A stretch of DNA of 64,000 bases from a bacterium. GTDB taxonomy: Bacteria > Patescibacteriota > Dojkabacteria > SC72. The notes beneath the pieces are model-generated. The model made no database searches. It was given only the letters and a program-made list of their open reading frames with translations, and had not been told where the DNA came from. Every line of letters starts with the position of its first letter. The first letter of the stretch is position 1. The position numbers and the translations under genes were made by a program. The stretch is taken from positions 201,799-265,798 of the forward strand of contig JAJTYH010000002.1 in NCBI GenBank assembly GCA_021463465.1, given 5' to 3'. Positions 26,503 through 36,976 of this stretch are shown here, piece by piece.

Positions 26503-27336
26503 TCACTTCCAAAGCTCTCTATCGTAAAGAGCTAGAAACTCCCGATGTCTAGAACCTTTTGGCTGGTCACTATGAATCAATTGAACCCCGCTAGCGAGAT
26601 AAAGATAAGGAAGCATCTGTGAGTATTCCAAGTCAAAACGGGAAATATAAAGCCTATCCAGCCTTACTAACCTCTTACCCACTTCATACAAATTTCTGTA
26701 GAAAGTTGGTACATGACCCGGAGCATCCGAGACCACAGCCGTAACAGCCGTCATAGCTATATCTAAAAGATGATTACCCGAAAAGGCATCACTCCAATCT
26801 AAAATATAGATTCCGTTATCTTGATTAACAATTAAGTTTCCGTGATGGAAGTCCCCATGACACAAACAAACCTTATGAGGACGGCTTAGAGTCTCTAACA
26901 TTCTATCTTTCTCAACATCACTTAACTCCTTTGAAGCTTTAATCTCCGGACTGATTTTATCCCACTGTGAAAGAATATCTACTTCAATATTTGCAAGTGT
27001 TGAATGTGCCTCTGAGACTTTACGAACCACGTCAAAGTATGTCCAGGGTTTTCTCATCAATCCATTCATCAAAGACTCTCCAGTAACGAATTCAAAGATA
27101 ATGCCACGCTTACCTTCTGTCTGAATAAGTTCTAATGGTGTCGCGACGTTCAAGTCCCCTACCTTCGAGATTTTCAGAGTTTTCTCAAACTCTTCTGTTA
27201 TATAACTTTCGGGAACATCTGCGTTATACAGTTTGACTGACTCATTCTTACTGAAACGAAAAACAGTGGACCTACGACCGTGATCAATAATTGGAAGTTT
27301 ATCCAGTAGCTCCTTCGAATCTAAATACTTACTCAC
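26503..27336 (-). CDS. Aminoglycoside phosphotransferase/choline kinase family protein
   Basis: VKLY, LCHGDFHHGNL, ILDWSDA. Confidence 0.85.
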   Translation of the reverse strand: MSKYLDSKELLDKLPIIDHGRRSTVFRFSKNESVKLYNADVPESYITEEFEKTLKISKVGDLNVATPLELIQTEGKRGIIFEFVTGESLMNGLMRKPWTYFDVVRKVSEAHSTLANIEVDILSQWDKISPEIKASKELSDVEKDRMLETLSRPHKVCLCHGDFHHGNLIVNQDNGIYILDWSDAFSGNHLLDIAMTAVTAVVSDAPGHVPTFYRNLYEVGKRLVRLDRLYISRFDLEYSQMLPYLYLASGVQLIHSDQPKGSRHREFLALYDRELWK

Positions 27337-29893
27337 CTCTATCCTTTCCCTCCTCTACTACTGGAACTATATCGTTGGACTGTTCTTCTACAACCATCAG
27401 TGGATTTACAGGATTATCAACAACCATAAGATTATCCTTGAGCTTGTCATGTCTTTCCCTGCGTCCCTCTTTTGGGCCAGATTTTACTTCCAAAGACCTA
27501 TTACCTTTTTCACTATATTTCTGCTCACTCCATCTCTTAATCTTATCTTCTATTGTCTCCTGATCAACCGAATACTGCTGCCTGCTCGAAGCTACAATTT
27601 CATTCTTTAGCCCAAATTTCTGGTATCGGAGATCCAAAGATTTAGCACTAAAAGGCTTTGACGTCATTCCGTTAATACATAATTTCACATAGATTGAATG
27701 TGCCTCGAGCGAAACTAAATCTTCTGCCTGGAATATTGGTGCGAATTCATTAGCTAAAATGGAAGCGTCAGATTGCGAAACAACAAAAGATGCCAACGTT
27801 CCAACGTTACCAAAAATAGCTTGTCTGACGGTCAAAGGTAACTGGTCAATATACTGGTTAGTCATTGTAAGGTTTAAGCGGAATTTGCGCGCTTCAGACA
27901 GAATCTTTGCAAATGAATCTGTAGCAAAGTTCTGGAACTCATCAACATATAGGAAGAAGTCTCTTCGTTGATCTATAGGTAAATCTACCCTCTCCATTGC
28001 AGTTGATTGGAGTCGAGTAATTATCATTCCTCCCAAGAGTGCGGAACTTTCCTCTCCCAACTTACCTTGAGCCAGATTAACCAAGAGAATTTTCCCTTCG
28101 TCCATAATCTTACGCAAATCAATAGTAGATTTAACTTGACCGACAATATTTCTTATAACCGCCGAAGAAAGAAATCTTCCAACCTTGTTTTGAATAGGTG
28201 CGATAGCTTCTGTAACTAGCTTAGGGTTTTGTGACATCTGAGCATACTCTTCCTCCCAGAATTTCGTAAGGATTGGATCTTTGACCTGTTTAAGAACGAA
28301 CTTGCGGTAGTTACGATCCATCAACAGTCTGATAACAGATAAGAGGGTCGTTCCTTGCGCCTCCAGAGCTGTTGCTACAGTGTTTGTAAGCAGATATTGC
28401 AATCTAGGACCCCATGAGAAGTCAAACTGCTTCTTGAACACTTCAACCACGCCATCAGCCACCAAATCTCGTTGAGCTGGATCGTTAAGTTGTAACAAGT
28501 TGAAACCTACTGGATATTTTGAATCTCCTGGATTAAAGTACACTACATCCTTCAGTCGATCCTGGGGAATGTAGTCCAAAAGTTCGTCAACAGTATCTCC
28601 ATGCGGATCAATAAAGCAAGCTCCATCCCCTGCAAGAATGTCAGATATAAACATATTTTTAAAGACTGTGGACTTACCTACACCAGTTTTACCCAATATA
28701 TAGAAGTGTCTACGTCTGTCTTCTCGTCTAATACCAAATTGTATCTTCTGGCCACGATAATCCGTTTGCCCAAAGACATTCACATCATCCATTCCCGAAA
28801 CTGGCAAGTCCATAGGGGGTTCAGCCTTACGTGCCCTACTCCAGATAATATTTGGTGTCTCTACTGAGATGTTTGGAAGATGGTAAACCGAAGCTAACTC
28901 CTCAATGTTTAGAATATCTGGAGTATCCTTTTCTAGGAACCTACTAATGTATTCATCATACATCTGCTCTCCACCCTTACCCTGATCACTATGAATAAAG
29001 CTATTAAGATGAGCAGTTGTAAACTGTTTAAATGATGCAACTACATCCCGCAAAATCTGTTCGGACCTTAACTGGTCTCCTGCCTTCGTCACCACCCTAA
29101 TTCCTACATCGAAACCTAACTTGAGCATCTTTGTTTCAACCTGTGTAAGTTCTTCCTGTTGACCTGGAGCCAACTTAACCACGTCTTTTTTAACTGCAGC
29201 ACCGTCAGTACTAGTCTGCAAGCTTTTAGCCATTGCTCCAACAAACCCTGAAATCATATCCAAAAGACTTTTACCACCTAATGATTCACCTTCCTTTATA
29301 GCTGTGATGTACTTCTTGGAGGCTTCCTGCCAATAATTGGACACTGGACGCACAATAAGCTGCACCCAAGCCTCTTCACCTACTTTAAGTCCTGAAATAG
29401 CAGAAGTAATTGCAGAAAGTGGATCTACTTCAAAATTCCTAAAAGTCTTTATCGGGAAAATGTAATCTTTGTCATACTCTATTACACCTGTGGAAACATA
29501 TACCTGCCCTTCTGAGCGCACCTGCGTGTAATCTGATACCAAACGAATCTCTGCATTAGGATACTGTGCATAAATCTGCCCTTCAACAAATTTCACTAGA
29601 TGGTCAGGAGCAACAGCAAAGAATCGGATCCCTCCCTCACCTGTTGAGACAATTTCAAATGAAATCATATCCATAGATTTCTTGCTATCACGCATAATTC
29701 CGTGAAGTGAGGAAAACATCTGTTCGGCAGCTAGCGGCGTCTTATCATTCTCTCTTGGAACCAGAATCTGTAGCACTTGAAGGTTACGAATACTTTCAAA
29801 AACATTCACTGGTTCTGGCTTTTTGCCCACCGTAAAGACAAACACCAGAAAAAGTGCTGAAAGGACGAGTAGTAGGAATATCAACCCAACCAT
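27329..29893 (-). CDS. VirD4/TrwB-like (type IV coupling protein/HerA-FtsK class) ATPase with N-terminal TM
   Basis: RRRHFYILGKTGVGKS (Walker A), FIDPHGD, LYVDEFQNF (Walker B), LSEARKFRL, AIFGNVGT. Confidence 0.88.
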   Translation of the reverse strand: MVGLIFLLLVLSALFLVFVFTVGKKPEPVNVFESIRNLQVLQILVPRENDKTPLAAEQMFSSLHGIMRDSKKSMDMISFEIVSTGEGGIRFFAVAPDHLVKFVEGQIYAQYPNAEIRLVSDYTQVRSEGQVYVSTGVIEYDKDYIFPIKTFRNFEVDPLSAITSAISGLKVGEEAWVQLIVRPVSNYWQEASKKYITAIKEGESLGGKSLLDMISGFVGAMAKSLQTSTDGAAVKKDVVKLAPGQQEELTQVETKMLKLGFDVGIRVVTKAGDQLRSEQILRDVVASFKQFTTAHLNSFIHSDQGKGGEQMYDEYISRFLEKDTPDILNIEELASVYHLPNISVETPNIIWSRARKAEPPMDLPVSGMDDVNVFGQTDYRGQKIQFGIRREDRRRHFYILGKTGVGKSTVFKNMFISDILAGDGACFIDPHGDTVDELLDYIPQDRLKDVVYFNPGDSKYPVGFNLLQLNDPAQRDLVADGVVEVFKKQFDFSWGPRLQYLLTNTVATALEAQGTTLLSVIRLLMDRNYRKFVLKQVKDPILTKFWEEEYAQMSQNPKLVTEAIAPIQNKVGRFLSSAVIRNIVGQVKSTIDLRKIMDEGKILLVNLAQGKLGEESSALLGGMIITRLQSTAMERVDLPIDQRRDFFLYVDEFQNFATDSFAKILSEARKFRLNLTMTNQYIDQLPLTVRQAIFGNVGTLASFVVSQSDASILANEFAPIFQAEDLVSLEAHSIYVKLCINGMTSKPFSAKSLDLRYQKFGLKNEIVASSRQQYSVDQETIEDKIKRWSEQKYSEKGNRSLEVKSGPKEGRRERHDKLKDNLMVVDNPVNPLMVVEEQSNDIVPVVEEGKDRGE

Positions 29894-29935
29894 AGTAGTA
29901 GATAATAGCGAATATCGGTATTTTGTACAATCAAA

Positions 29936-31159
29936 TTACTTCCAGACTGCCTCTACTTCCATATCCTTACCCAACACTACAACAATGTCTGCGGTAGTCA
30001 TAAAATCAGGTCGGGAATGAACGGTAGTAGACGGTACTACAATAAGTTTTTTAACCACTTCAAGCGATTTAGGGAAAGTTTCAGGTTTAGGGACATACAC
30101 GACAGTATGATCTTGTGGCGAAGGTGCATTCTCATACCTAACAACATCAACCCCTGAGTTTTGGAATTTTCGGAAATATCTGCTGGCTAACCCTTCAATC
30201 TCACTAGCATTGTATACCTCTATCTTAACCTGCTCGCGCTCAATATCCCTGCCCTTAAGATTTTTTACTATTTCTGAAAGTTTTTGATCCACCTGACTGT
30301 AATTAACTAGGTTAATATCAAGACCTGAGGATGTTTTAGATGCGGTTGTAGCCCACAGTTGTCCCAAATCAACCATATGTAGTTGAGAAGAATTCAACGT
30401 AGTTTTAAGCTCATCAATCTTAATCAAAAGATCAGCAAGTGAAAGATTTGTACTTATTCCCTGAATTAAATGCTTGTATTCATTCTGATTCATGACCAGC
30501 TTTAGAAATGAGAACTTATCAAAAACCGAATTAATGGTAAATGATGGCTCAGTCATAAGATCTCCTTCTATATATAAGGAGGAATAGTTAGACTTTTCAA
30601 ATTCTGATACATCGCCAAACATATGTGAAAATGCTGTCAAAGAATTTGAATCAAACCAGATATATGAATCAGGCGTCATACCTGTAAGGTTGCCTAACTG
30701 CCAAACCGCATACTCTATCTTCCTGGGCTGAGAAATCGTATCACCAACAAACTTCAAATCCCCGACTGACACATACTCAGAAATCCTGTTAAGATATTCT
30801 CTCATGTATACCCTCGGAGGTATTGAGTAAACCACAACAAAACCACTTCTTAAATTCTTAACTATATACCAAGCACCCAAAATCTTGGACTGACCATTGT
30901 CGTCCAAGACAACTAATGTGCTAGTTAGATCATCTCGAGTTATCATCAGCTTTGATTTTGCCTCATCAGAAAGGCTTTTTTGCGGTTTTGCTTGCAAAAA
31001 ACCATATGACCAATAGCCAGCGATAGCTAAAAGTATCGCGAAGAAGGTTGATAACACAAAAGTAATAATCACTCCCCACTTTTTTTGTTTTTTGACAGAC
31101 CCCACTCCCACTCGACTTAACACTCGGCTATGACTTCGTGCAGTAATTTTTTTAGACAT
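29936..31159 (-). CDS. Membrane protein with degenerate LCP-like domain and LytR_C domain
   Basis: N-terminal TM; C-terminal VKIEVYNASEIEGLAS...ADIVVVLGKD. Confidence 0.75.
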   Translation of the reverse strand: MSKKITARSHSRVLSRVGVGSVKKQKKWGVIITFVLSTFFAILLAIAGYWSYGFLQAKPQKSLSDEAKSKLMITRDDLTSTLVVLDDNGQSKILGAWYIVKNLRSGFVVVYSIPPRVYMREYLNRISEYVSVGDLKFVGDTISQPRKIEYAVWQLGNLTGMTPDSYIWFDSNSLTAFSHMFGDVSEFEKSNYSSLYIEGDLMTEPSFTINSVFDKFSFLKLVMNQNEYKHLIQGISTNLSLADLLIKIDELKTTLNSSQLHMVDLGQLWATTASKTSSGLDINLVNYSQVDQKLSEIVKNLKGRDIEREQVKIEVYNASEIEGLASRYFRKFQNSGVDVVRYENAPSPQDHTVVYVPKPETFPKSLEVVKKLIVVPSTTVHSRPDFMTTADIVVVLGKDMEVEAVWK

Positions 31160-31522
31160 GACTAACTACATAATAGGCCATATATTTGGGCAAAACAACA
31201 CACCCTATAACCTAAGTGCCACCGTTTCACCCCCCCCGACACCACATACTCTCCACCCTTCGGTACCGTTACCGTAAAGTTACGAGACAGGGTCGCTGTA
31301 CTGAAACTTACCAACTACGTAAATACTTATCACCCCTACCCTCTCCAGGTTGATTCGTCAGTAGAAACAATATCTAAACTAGAATATCCAAGAACAATCC
31401 GCAGTTCAAATAATGTACTCTCCAAAAGTATCCTTTTGTAACGGCGTTTAGGGATTTAGCACTATTATCAACGTATCCCCTTCTAAACTATCTTCTCACC
31501 GAAGAGTTTACCTATAGGAAAA

Positions 31523-32470
31523 CTATATAAGACTAAAGGTGTGGGTAACATCAGGCGCTGTCTCAATACTCAACAGAATCTGTTCAAGCTCAATTCCACT
31601 TCTTAACTTACCCTTAGTGTCACCGTACAGTACATCGCCCTGAATACACCACCCTAATTTCTTCAATGTAGCTCTAATCTGATGATTCCGCCCCGTTTTA
31701 ATACATATAAGCACGAAATCTCCATCAAGTGGCAATATATAACTCAATGCTGATCTACCATGATCATCCGAAAGTACCATGCGCATTCTATTAGCCTTAT
31801 CTCTCATTATTTTCCCCTCAACCTGTATCCATCTTTCATTGGGCTTCAAGCCATTTTGAACAAACTTAGCTACTTCGTCCTTTGCTTTGTACTTTGACTT
31901 CATTAACGGCTTATTTAGAGCCACGACTCGACCCAGATAAAGCTTTGCTACCTTTCTTTGCTCGAACTGATTTTGTAAAAAGATTTGAGTTTCACGGGTC
32001 TTTGCGCATAGTAAGATACCAGAAACCACTTTATCTAATCGATGGACTATCCCTCCCCGTTTAATATTAGGGTCATATTCTCCTTTATCTGTCAGGTACG
32101 CTTTCAAATAATTGGCTATAGTATTGTTCTCATTCCCTATTCCAGGGTGCACGGCGACTCCCTTTGGTTTGTTTAGCACAATATACTCGCTCGTCTCCTC
32201 AAGGATTTTTAGATCACCTTTTACAGCTTCAAGCTTATCCTGTCCAGGTTGTCCTAACACACTACTCAGTAAAGCATCATCAACCTCTACTAAATCACCT
32301 TCAGATAATTTCAAACCCTTTTTCCCAGCCTTTTTATTAACCTTTACTGCCTCAGAAATTACAGAAGCTAGAGCTGAGCGGGTAACAGGAAAAGGGATTA
32401 AAAGGCTCTGCAATAAGAAACTATCCAGCCTCAGACCTGCCTGAGCAGTTCTCACTTCATACCTGGTCAT
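31523..32470 (-). CDS. RluA/RluD-family pseudouridine synthase
   Basis: S4-like RLDSFL, VLNKPKGVAVHP, IVHRLDK, TGRNHQIR, GDVLYG. Confidence 0.93.
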   Translation of the reverse strand: MTRYEVRTAQAGLRLDSFLLQSLLIPFPVTRSALASVISEAVKVNKKAGKKGLKLSEGDLVEVDDALLSSVLGQPGQDKLEAVKGDLKILEETSEYIVLNKPKGVAVHPGIGNENNTIANYLKAYLTDKGEYDPNIKRGGIVHRLDKVVSGILLCAKTRETQIFLQNQFEQRKVAKLYLGRVVALNKPLMKSKYKAKDEVAKFVQNGLKPNERWIQVEGKIMRDKANRMRMVLSDDHGRSALSYILPLDGDFVLICIKTGRNHQIRATLKKLGWCIQGDVLYGDTKGKLRSGIELEQILLSIETAPDVTHTFSLI

Positions 32471-33300
32471 ATTTTTACCGGTTGATTAGCTGAAATGCTC
32501 ACAGAACGAGTTCGATACTCAGTTTTAATCTTTACCTCTTTTCTAAACACATCCACAATAAATATGAGGTGAGCCAATACAGCAAAAATCACAAATGCGT
32601 ACATATTGTACCTGTCCCAATCGGTAATCTCACTGCTTAAAAGTGCCGAAGGCACATATAAACAGATAATTGAGGTGAAAAAGAATATGAGAAGGTAGTT
32701 AAGTCTCTCCCACAACCTTGTAAGTGAATCGTGAAGTGCCTTACCCAAAGTCCTTGCAAGGATGAAATATACCAAACAAACACCTAGGATTACCCCTCCC
32801 TGGGTAAGAACTACACTACTTCCAATAAGGAAACCGAAAATCGAAAGTAACACACCTAGATATACAGCTCCTCCTGAGATTACTGCAGGAAAAACTTCTC
32901 GCCATCTCCAGCGCTTATATGCTAAACAGAATAGTGTTGCAGCAAAAATAAAACCGACAAAGAGTCCTGTGAAAAGAAACTCTCCATCCCATACCCTGAA
33001 ATACCTCCATGGGAGTAATCTAAAAAGATAAAATCCGTCTGGATAACGTTCATAGGGAATCAGCGACCAGATCAAACCATCATAATCAATTGGTTTGGTA
33101 AGAATGTAGCTTACGCGCCCCCAAATCACTGCAATTATTAACGAGAAAAGATATCCATCAAATATAGAGTTCTTGTTTTTGTGAGTAAATCTGGCTTCTC
33201 TCCAGTAAACATAAACTGAAACTAGTGTTGCAAAAAGAATAATAGGCAAAAAACCTAGTTGGAAAAGAAGTTCTCTTGTTTGACTCAAAACAACATCCAT
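32467..33300 (-). CDS. Divergent prolipoprotein diacylglyceryl transferase (Lgt)-like membrane protein
   Basis: IWGRVSYI and FRVWDGEF resemble the Lgt GAR..YV and WxGG motifs; about 7 TMs. Confidence 0.45.
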   Translation of the reverse strand: MDVVLSQTRELLFQLGFLPIILFATLVSVYVYWREARFTHKNKNSIFDGYLFSLIIAVIWGRVSYILTKPIDYDGLIWSLIPYERYPDGFYLFRLLPWRYFRVWDGEFLFTGLFVGFIFAATLFCLAYKRWRWREVFPAVISGGAVYLGVLLSIFGFLIGSSVVLTQGGVILGVCLVYFILARTLGKALHDSLTRLWERLNYLLIFFFTSIICLYVPSALLSSEITDWDRYNMYAFVIFAVLAHLIFIVDVFRKEVKIKTEYRTRSVSISANQPVKI

Positions 33301-34010
33301 TAATTCTTCTTTTTGTTGCCCTTCTTCTTGTTAGGTTTAGGGGTAGATTTAACTTTCTTCTTTCCTAAAACTCTGTCCCCGATATCTTTAACGAAAGCGG
33401 CAAAATCTTTACGAACCTTGCTGACAACCCCATGCCTATCAACGTATTTGGTCTGATCACCTTCAACTACTTTAATTGCCTCTTCCTTGGCTTTATTTAC
33501 CTCGGTAGCCATTTGCTCAACACTCTCAACCTTTTCTGTAACTTTAACTACATCCTCAAAAGGAGCCCTACAAAAGGGACAAAATCTGTAGCTCTTATCA
33601 ACCCATATATTGCAACCCTTGCACTGCTTCTTGATATCGTAACCACATCTTGGACAGATATTAAAACCCGGTTGGAAACTAAGTTTACAGTTAGGACAAT
33701 CTCCTAATTCAGATGTCTCGTACTTCAGATATCTTCTTTCCAAATCAGCCCAGTACAAGTCCTGGATAGTCTGTTTAGGCCTAACAATCAAGTAAACAAT
33801 AAGACCAACGACATTAAAGACAGCAACCAAAACCGTACTCGTAACTCGCACCAGGAGATTAGTAGTTCTTTCACCAGAATCAACCCAAATCCAACCCACG
33901 ACGATAATCCAGAATCCTATGAAAAGGAACTGTATGAGCATTATCATCAAAGAAAAATCAGTATTGCTGATATTTTCAACAAAAGCTAGGAGAGCTTGTT
34001 CGAGATTCAT
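33300..34010 (-). CDS. Membrane protein with double zinc ribbon
   Basis: 2 TMs ending YLIVRP, then CPNC/CPRC/CKGC/CPFC. Confidence 0.85.
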   Translation of the reverse strand: MNLEQALLAFVENISNTDFSLMIMLIQFLFIGFWIIVVGWIWVDSGERTTNLLVRVTSTVLVAVFNVVGLIVYLIVRPKQTIQDLYWADLERRYLKYETSELGDCPNCKLSFQPGFNICPRCGYDIKKQCKGCNIWVDKSYRFCPFCRAPFEDVVKVTEKVESVEQMATEVNKAKEEAIKVVEGDQTKYVDRHGVVSKVRKDFAAFVKDIGDRVLGKKKVKSTPKPNKKKGNKKKN

Positions 34011-34038
34011 GGTTTTTAAATTACAATTAAGTTTTAAC

Positions 34039-34122
34039 TGGTCGGAGAGGGAGTTGAACCCTCACACTATTGCTAGTACGGGATTTTGAGTCCCGCGTGT
34101 CTGCCAATTCCACCATCCGACC
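34039..34122 (-). tRNA. tRNA-Leu(CAA), CCA not encoded
   Basis: Acceptor GGTCGGA/TCCGACC, D-arm GGTGGAATTGGCAGACAC, anticodon loop CT-CAA-AA, long variable arm, GGTTCAACT. Confidence 0.96.
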
Positions 34123-34143
34123 ACGCAGTGGATTATATCTGAA

Positions 34144-35481
34144 TTACTTTGATTTGTCCTCTTTTGGAGCCTTCTCTTTATACAGGTTGCGGTAGCTTGC
34201 CAGCTCTTTTACGAAGGCAATGTCTACGTTACCAGTCGGACCGTTTCTGTGTTTGGCTAAAATCAGTTCAGCAATACCTTTACGTTCGGTATCTGGGTTG
34301 TAAGTTTCTTCTCTATCAATAAAAATTACCACATCAGCATCCTGTTCAATCGACCCTGAATCGCGTAAATCCGATAGTTGTGGTCTTCTGGAGGTTCGAC
34401 TTTCCACTGCACGAGAAAGCTGAGAGAGAGCAATTACAGGTACTTCTAACTCTCTAGCTATATTTTTGAGTCCCTGAGAAATTTCAGAAACCTCCTGAGT
34501 TCTCCCCTCACGACTGCTTCCATGTAGTAGCTGAAGATAGTCCACAATGATTAGGTCAATTCCCCGTTCTAAGGCCAATCTTCTGGCTTTGGTTCTTATC
34601 TCATTAATATGCTGTCCAGGAGTATCATCGACCATTACAACTCCTTCTGCTAACTCACCCATCGCATCCGCATACTTAGCAAACATTTCATCGGTCATTT
34701 TTCCTGTTCTCGTATCCCAGAAAGGGATTCCGGACTGCATACTAATTAATCGATCAATAATCTGTACACGCGACATTTCCAGCGAGAAGATAACAACCTT
34801 CTTCTTTTCAGAAAGTGAGGCATGCCTGACTACGTCCAATGCCAATGAGGTCTTACCTACCGAAGGTCTAGCTGCAAGAATTATCAAGTCGGATTTTTGC
34901 ATACCACCTAGCAGTGCATCCAAATCTCTAAATCCTGTAGAGATGCCTAAATAGCTTTCTTCATGTTCTGCCCTCTCTGCACGCTCATAAGCTTCCTTGA
35001 GTAGGTCTTTGATATGTACAAAATTGGTCTTTACACCCACTTGAGCTACATCGAAAAGAAGCTTCTCTGAATTATCAACTACATCTTTTAACTCCTGACT
35101 TTCATCAAATGCCAGTTCAGTTATCTCCGCAGCAGATTGAATAAGTCCCCTTCGAACTGCATTAGCTTTAACAATCTCTCCGTACTCACTAGCATGAGCA
35201 CTTGTAGGCACCATAGCTACCAGATCGGCTAAGTATGCTTTACCCCCTACTTTCGTGAGTACACCTTTCCCTTTAAGCTTATCTGATAGTGTGACCAGGT
35301 CTATTGGTAAACCTTGTTCAAAAAGTTCAATGATATTCTCAAAGATTAAACTATGACGCTGTTCATAAAAATGAGGTGGCAATAACCAACCAGCCACATT
35401 AATCACTGCTTCCTTATCCAACAACATCGCGCCAAGCACCGACTGCTCGGCTTCGACATTTTGTGGCGGCAATTTAGACAT
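34144..35481 (-). CDS. dnaB: Replicative DNA helicase DnaB
   Basis: PPQNVEAEQSVLG, AARPSVGKT, FSLEM, IVDYLQL, LSQLSR, DLRDSGSIEQDAD, KHRNGPTG. Confidence 0.99.
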   Translation of the reverse strand: MSKLPPQNVEAEQSVLGAMLLDKEAVINVAGWLLPPHFYEQRHSLIFENIIELFEQGLPIDLVTLSDKLKGKGVLTKVGGKAYLADLVAMVPTSAHASEYGEIVKANAVRRGLIQSAAEITELAFDESQELKDVVDNSEKLLFDVAQVGVKTNFVHIKDLLKEAYERAERAEHEESYLGISTGFRDLDALLGGMQKSDLIILAARPSVGKTSLALDVVRHASLSEKKKVVIFSLEMSRVQIIDRLISMQSGIPFWDTRTGKMTDEMFAKYADAMGELAEGVVMVDDTPGQHINEIRTKARRLALERGIDLIIVDYLQLLHGSSREGRTQEVSEISQGLKNIARELEVPVIALSQLSRAVESRTSRRPQLSDLRDSGSIEQDADVVIFIDREETYNPDTERKGIAELILAKHRNGPTGNVDIAFVKELASYRNLYKEKAPKEDKSK

Positions 35482-35490
35482 AGCTCCAAA

Positions 35491-36129
35491 CTAGTTTAAA
35501 AATACAATTTCCATTGCACTTTCATCTTCCTCAATCCTCGCAGTAACCTTAAGAGTTTTCTCTTCTCTTGGGTTGGAATAACCGAAATGATGCATGAATT
35601 CTTCCTTGCTCTTTAAACCTTCGACTCCTTTAAGTTCATCAGATTTGAAGCCGTAAGGTACTAAAACCCCTGGTTCAATCTCCGAAATGATTTCACCAAG
35701 TAAATCATAGTCTAAGAAAATCTCTCCATTTCCAACAGGGGCAATTAATACATCAACATTTCCTAAGTCTTTGAATACCTTCAAATCAGATCCTTTAGAA
35801 TCCAATCCTACATAAACAATACGGGAGTATCCTGAATCAAAAATATAGTAAGGAGTTCCAATGGGTCGTTGTATCAAAAGTTGACTAATTTCAAACTCAC
35901 CAGCTCCGTTCACCTCAAAGATTTCAGATTTTTTCTTAGGAACCAGTTTTTCAAACCCTTTGAGCAAATTAGCCTTCCCTCCAAGTTTCTTTTGTGAGAA
36001 AACAGCCAAATCGACCTCAGTTTTAGGGAATTTTGTACCGAAATCTACTGAAGCAAGTGGGTCAGTAGCTACAGTTACATCGTCAGTAGAAATTTCAAAA
36101 GAGATGGCGTTAATTCTTCTTACTTTCAT
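35491..36129 (-). CDS. Degenerate MBL-fold (Lactamase_B_3-like) protein
   Basis: VATDP, GAGEFEI, VDVLIAPVG, IEPGVLVP pattern; no HxHxDH motif. Confidence 0.6.
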   Translation of the reverse strand: MKVRRINAISFEISTDDVTVATDPLASVDFGTKFPKTEVDLAVFSQKKLGGKANLLKGFEKLVPKKKSEIFEVNGAGEFEISQLLIQRPIGTPYYIFDSGYSRIVYVGLDSKGSDLKVFKDLGNVDVLIAPVGNGEIFLDYDLLGEIISEIEPGVLVPYGFKSDELKGVEGLKSKEEFMHHFGYSNPREEKTLKVTARIEEDESAMEIVFLN

Positions 36130-36178
36130 TTCAGTTTCAGGAGTACAAAATAATGTTAGTAATGAGTATACCAAAGAG

Positions 36179-36655
36179 TCACTCAATACTCACTAGTTTA
36201 GCCACTACAACTAGCCGCTTAATTGGATTAAATATCGGAGTACAGGTAATTAAGGTCAATAAACTTTCCTGACTCCCATGTGTTACCCATAAATCTTCCG
36301 GTGTAACTACAAGTATGCTTTCTACTACATATCGCCTTCTTCCACTTTCTAAAGTGAGGTACACACTATCCCCTTTCATAACATGCTCAAGTTTAGCAAA
36401 AGCCGAATCCAATGGATTGTTATGCGTAAAACTGTGACCGTAGACCACCAGATTATTTCCTTTTCGAGAAACAGGATCCAATAGAACTCGATTGCCTTTA
36501 CTTAATATTGACATCGAATATCCTTCAACTACATCAGCAGTTATCCCTAAAGAAGGAATCTCCAACACATGCGAGGCTAGTCTAGGCAAGGGAAATTCAA
36601 AAATAGCTAGACTTAGTAACGAGATGGCGCATACGAAAAGTTTAGAGCTAAACAC
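36179..36655 (-). CDS. Sortase
   Basis: LEIPSLGI, NLVVYGH, LTLITCTP...KRLVVVA (His/Cys/Arg triad). Confidence 0.9.
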   Translation of the reverse strand: MFSSKLFVCAISLLSLAIFEFPLPRLASHVLEIPSLGITADVVEGYSMSILSKGNRVLLDPVSRKGNNLVVYGHSFTHNNPLDSAFAKLEHVMKGDSVYLTLESGRRRYVVESILVVTPEDLWVTHGSQESLLTLITCTPIFNPIKRLVVVAKLVSIE

Positions 36656-36694
36656 TTAGTAAAGAGTAGCTTACGGTAATTATCCTAGGGTGAA

Positions 36695-36922
36695 CTATTT
36701 AAGGAGTGTAACGACACTGTCCAATTGAGCTAAAAGGCTCTCTTTCATCTGTTTTTTTACTAACTCTAACTTTAGACTATTCAATGACGAAATAACAGCC
36801 TCAATCTGAATCAGAACTTTATGAATATCCTGCTCATTATTAATGAGTTTTTCAATCCCACGAATCTGACCTTCAATCCTATGAAGTCGATCTTGGAATG
36901 TAGACGGTCCTTTTTTAGCCAT
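36695..36922 (-). CDS. CsoR/RcnR-family transcriptional repressor lacking cysteines
   Basis: RLHRIEGQIRGIEKLI...VLIQIEAV. Confidence 0.88.
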   Translation of the reverse strand: MAKKGPSTFQDRLHRIEGQIRGIEKLINNEQDIHKVLIQIEAVISSLNSLKLELVKKQMKESLLAQLDSVVTLLK

Positions 36923-36960
36923 TTAAAAAGAAAAGCACATTTAAGTACCGAGAGTATATT

Positions 36961-36976
36961 ATACCCGGGAGGGTAT
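36961..36976. promoter_or_regulatory. CsoR/RcnR-type operator
   Basis: ATACCC-GGGA-GGGTAT palindrome between TTGACG and TATACT of the repressor's own predicted promoter. Confidence 0.75.

Noticed and set aside
31160-31522. RNase P RNA or tmRNA
   Set aside because: No GAGGAAAGTCC-type P4 signature and no tRNA-like tmRNA ends on either strand
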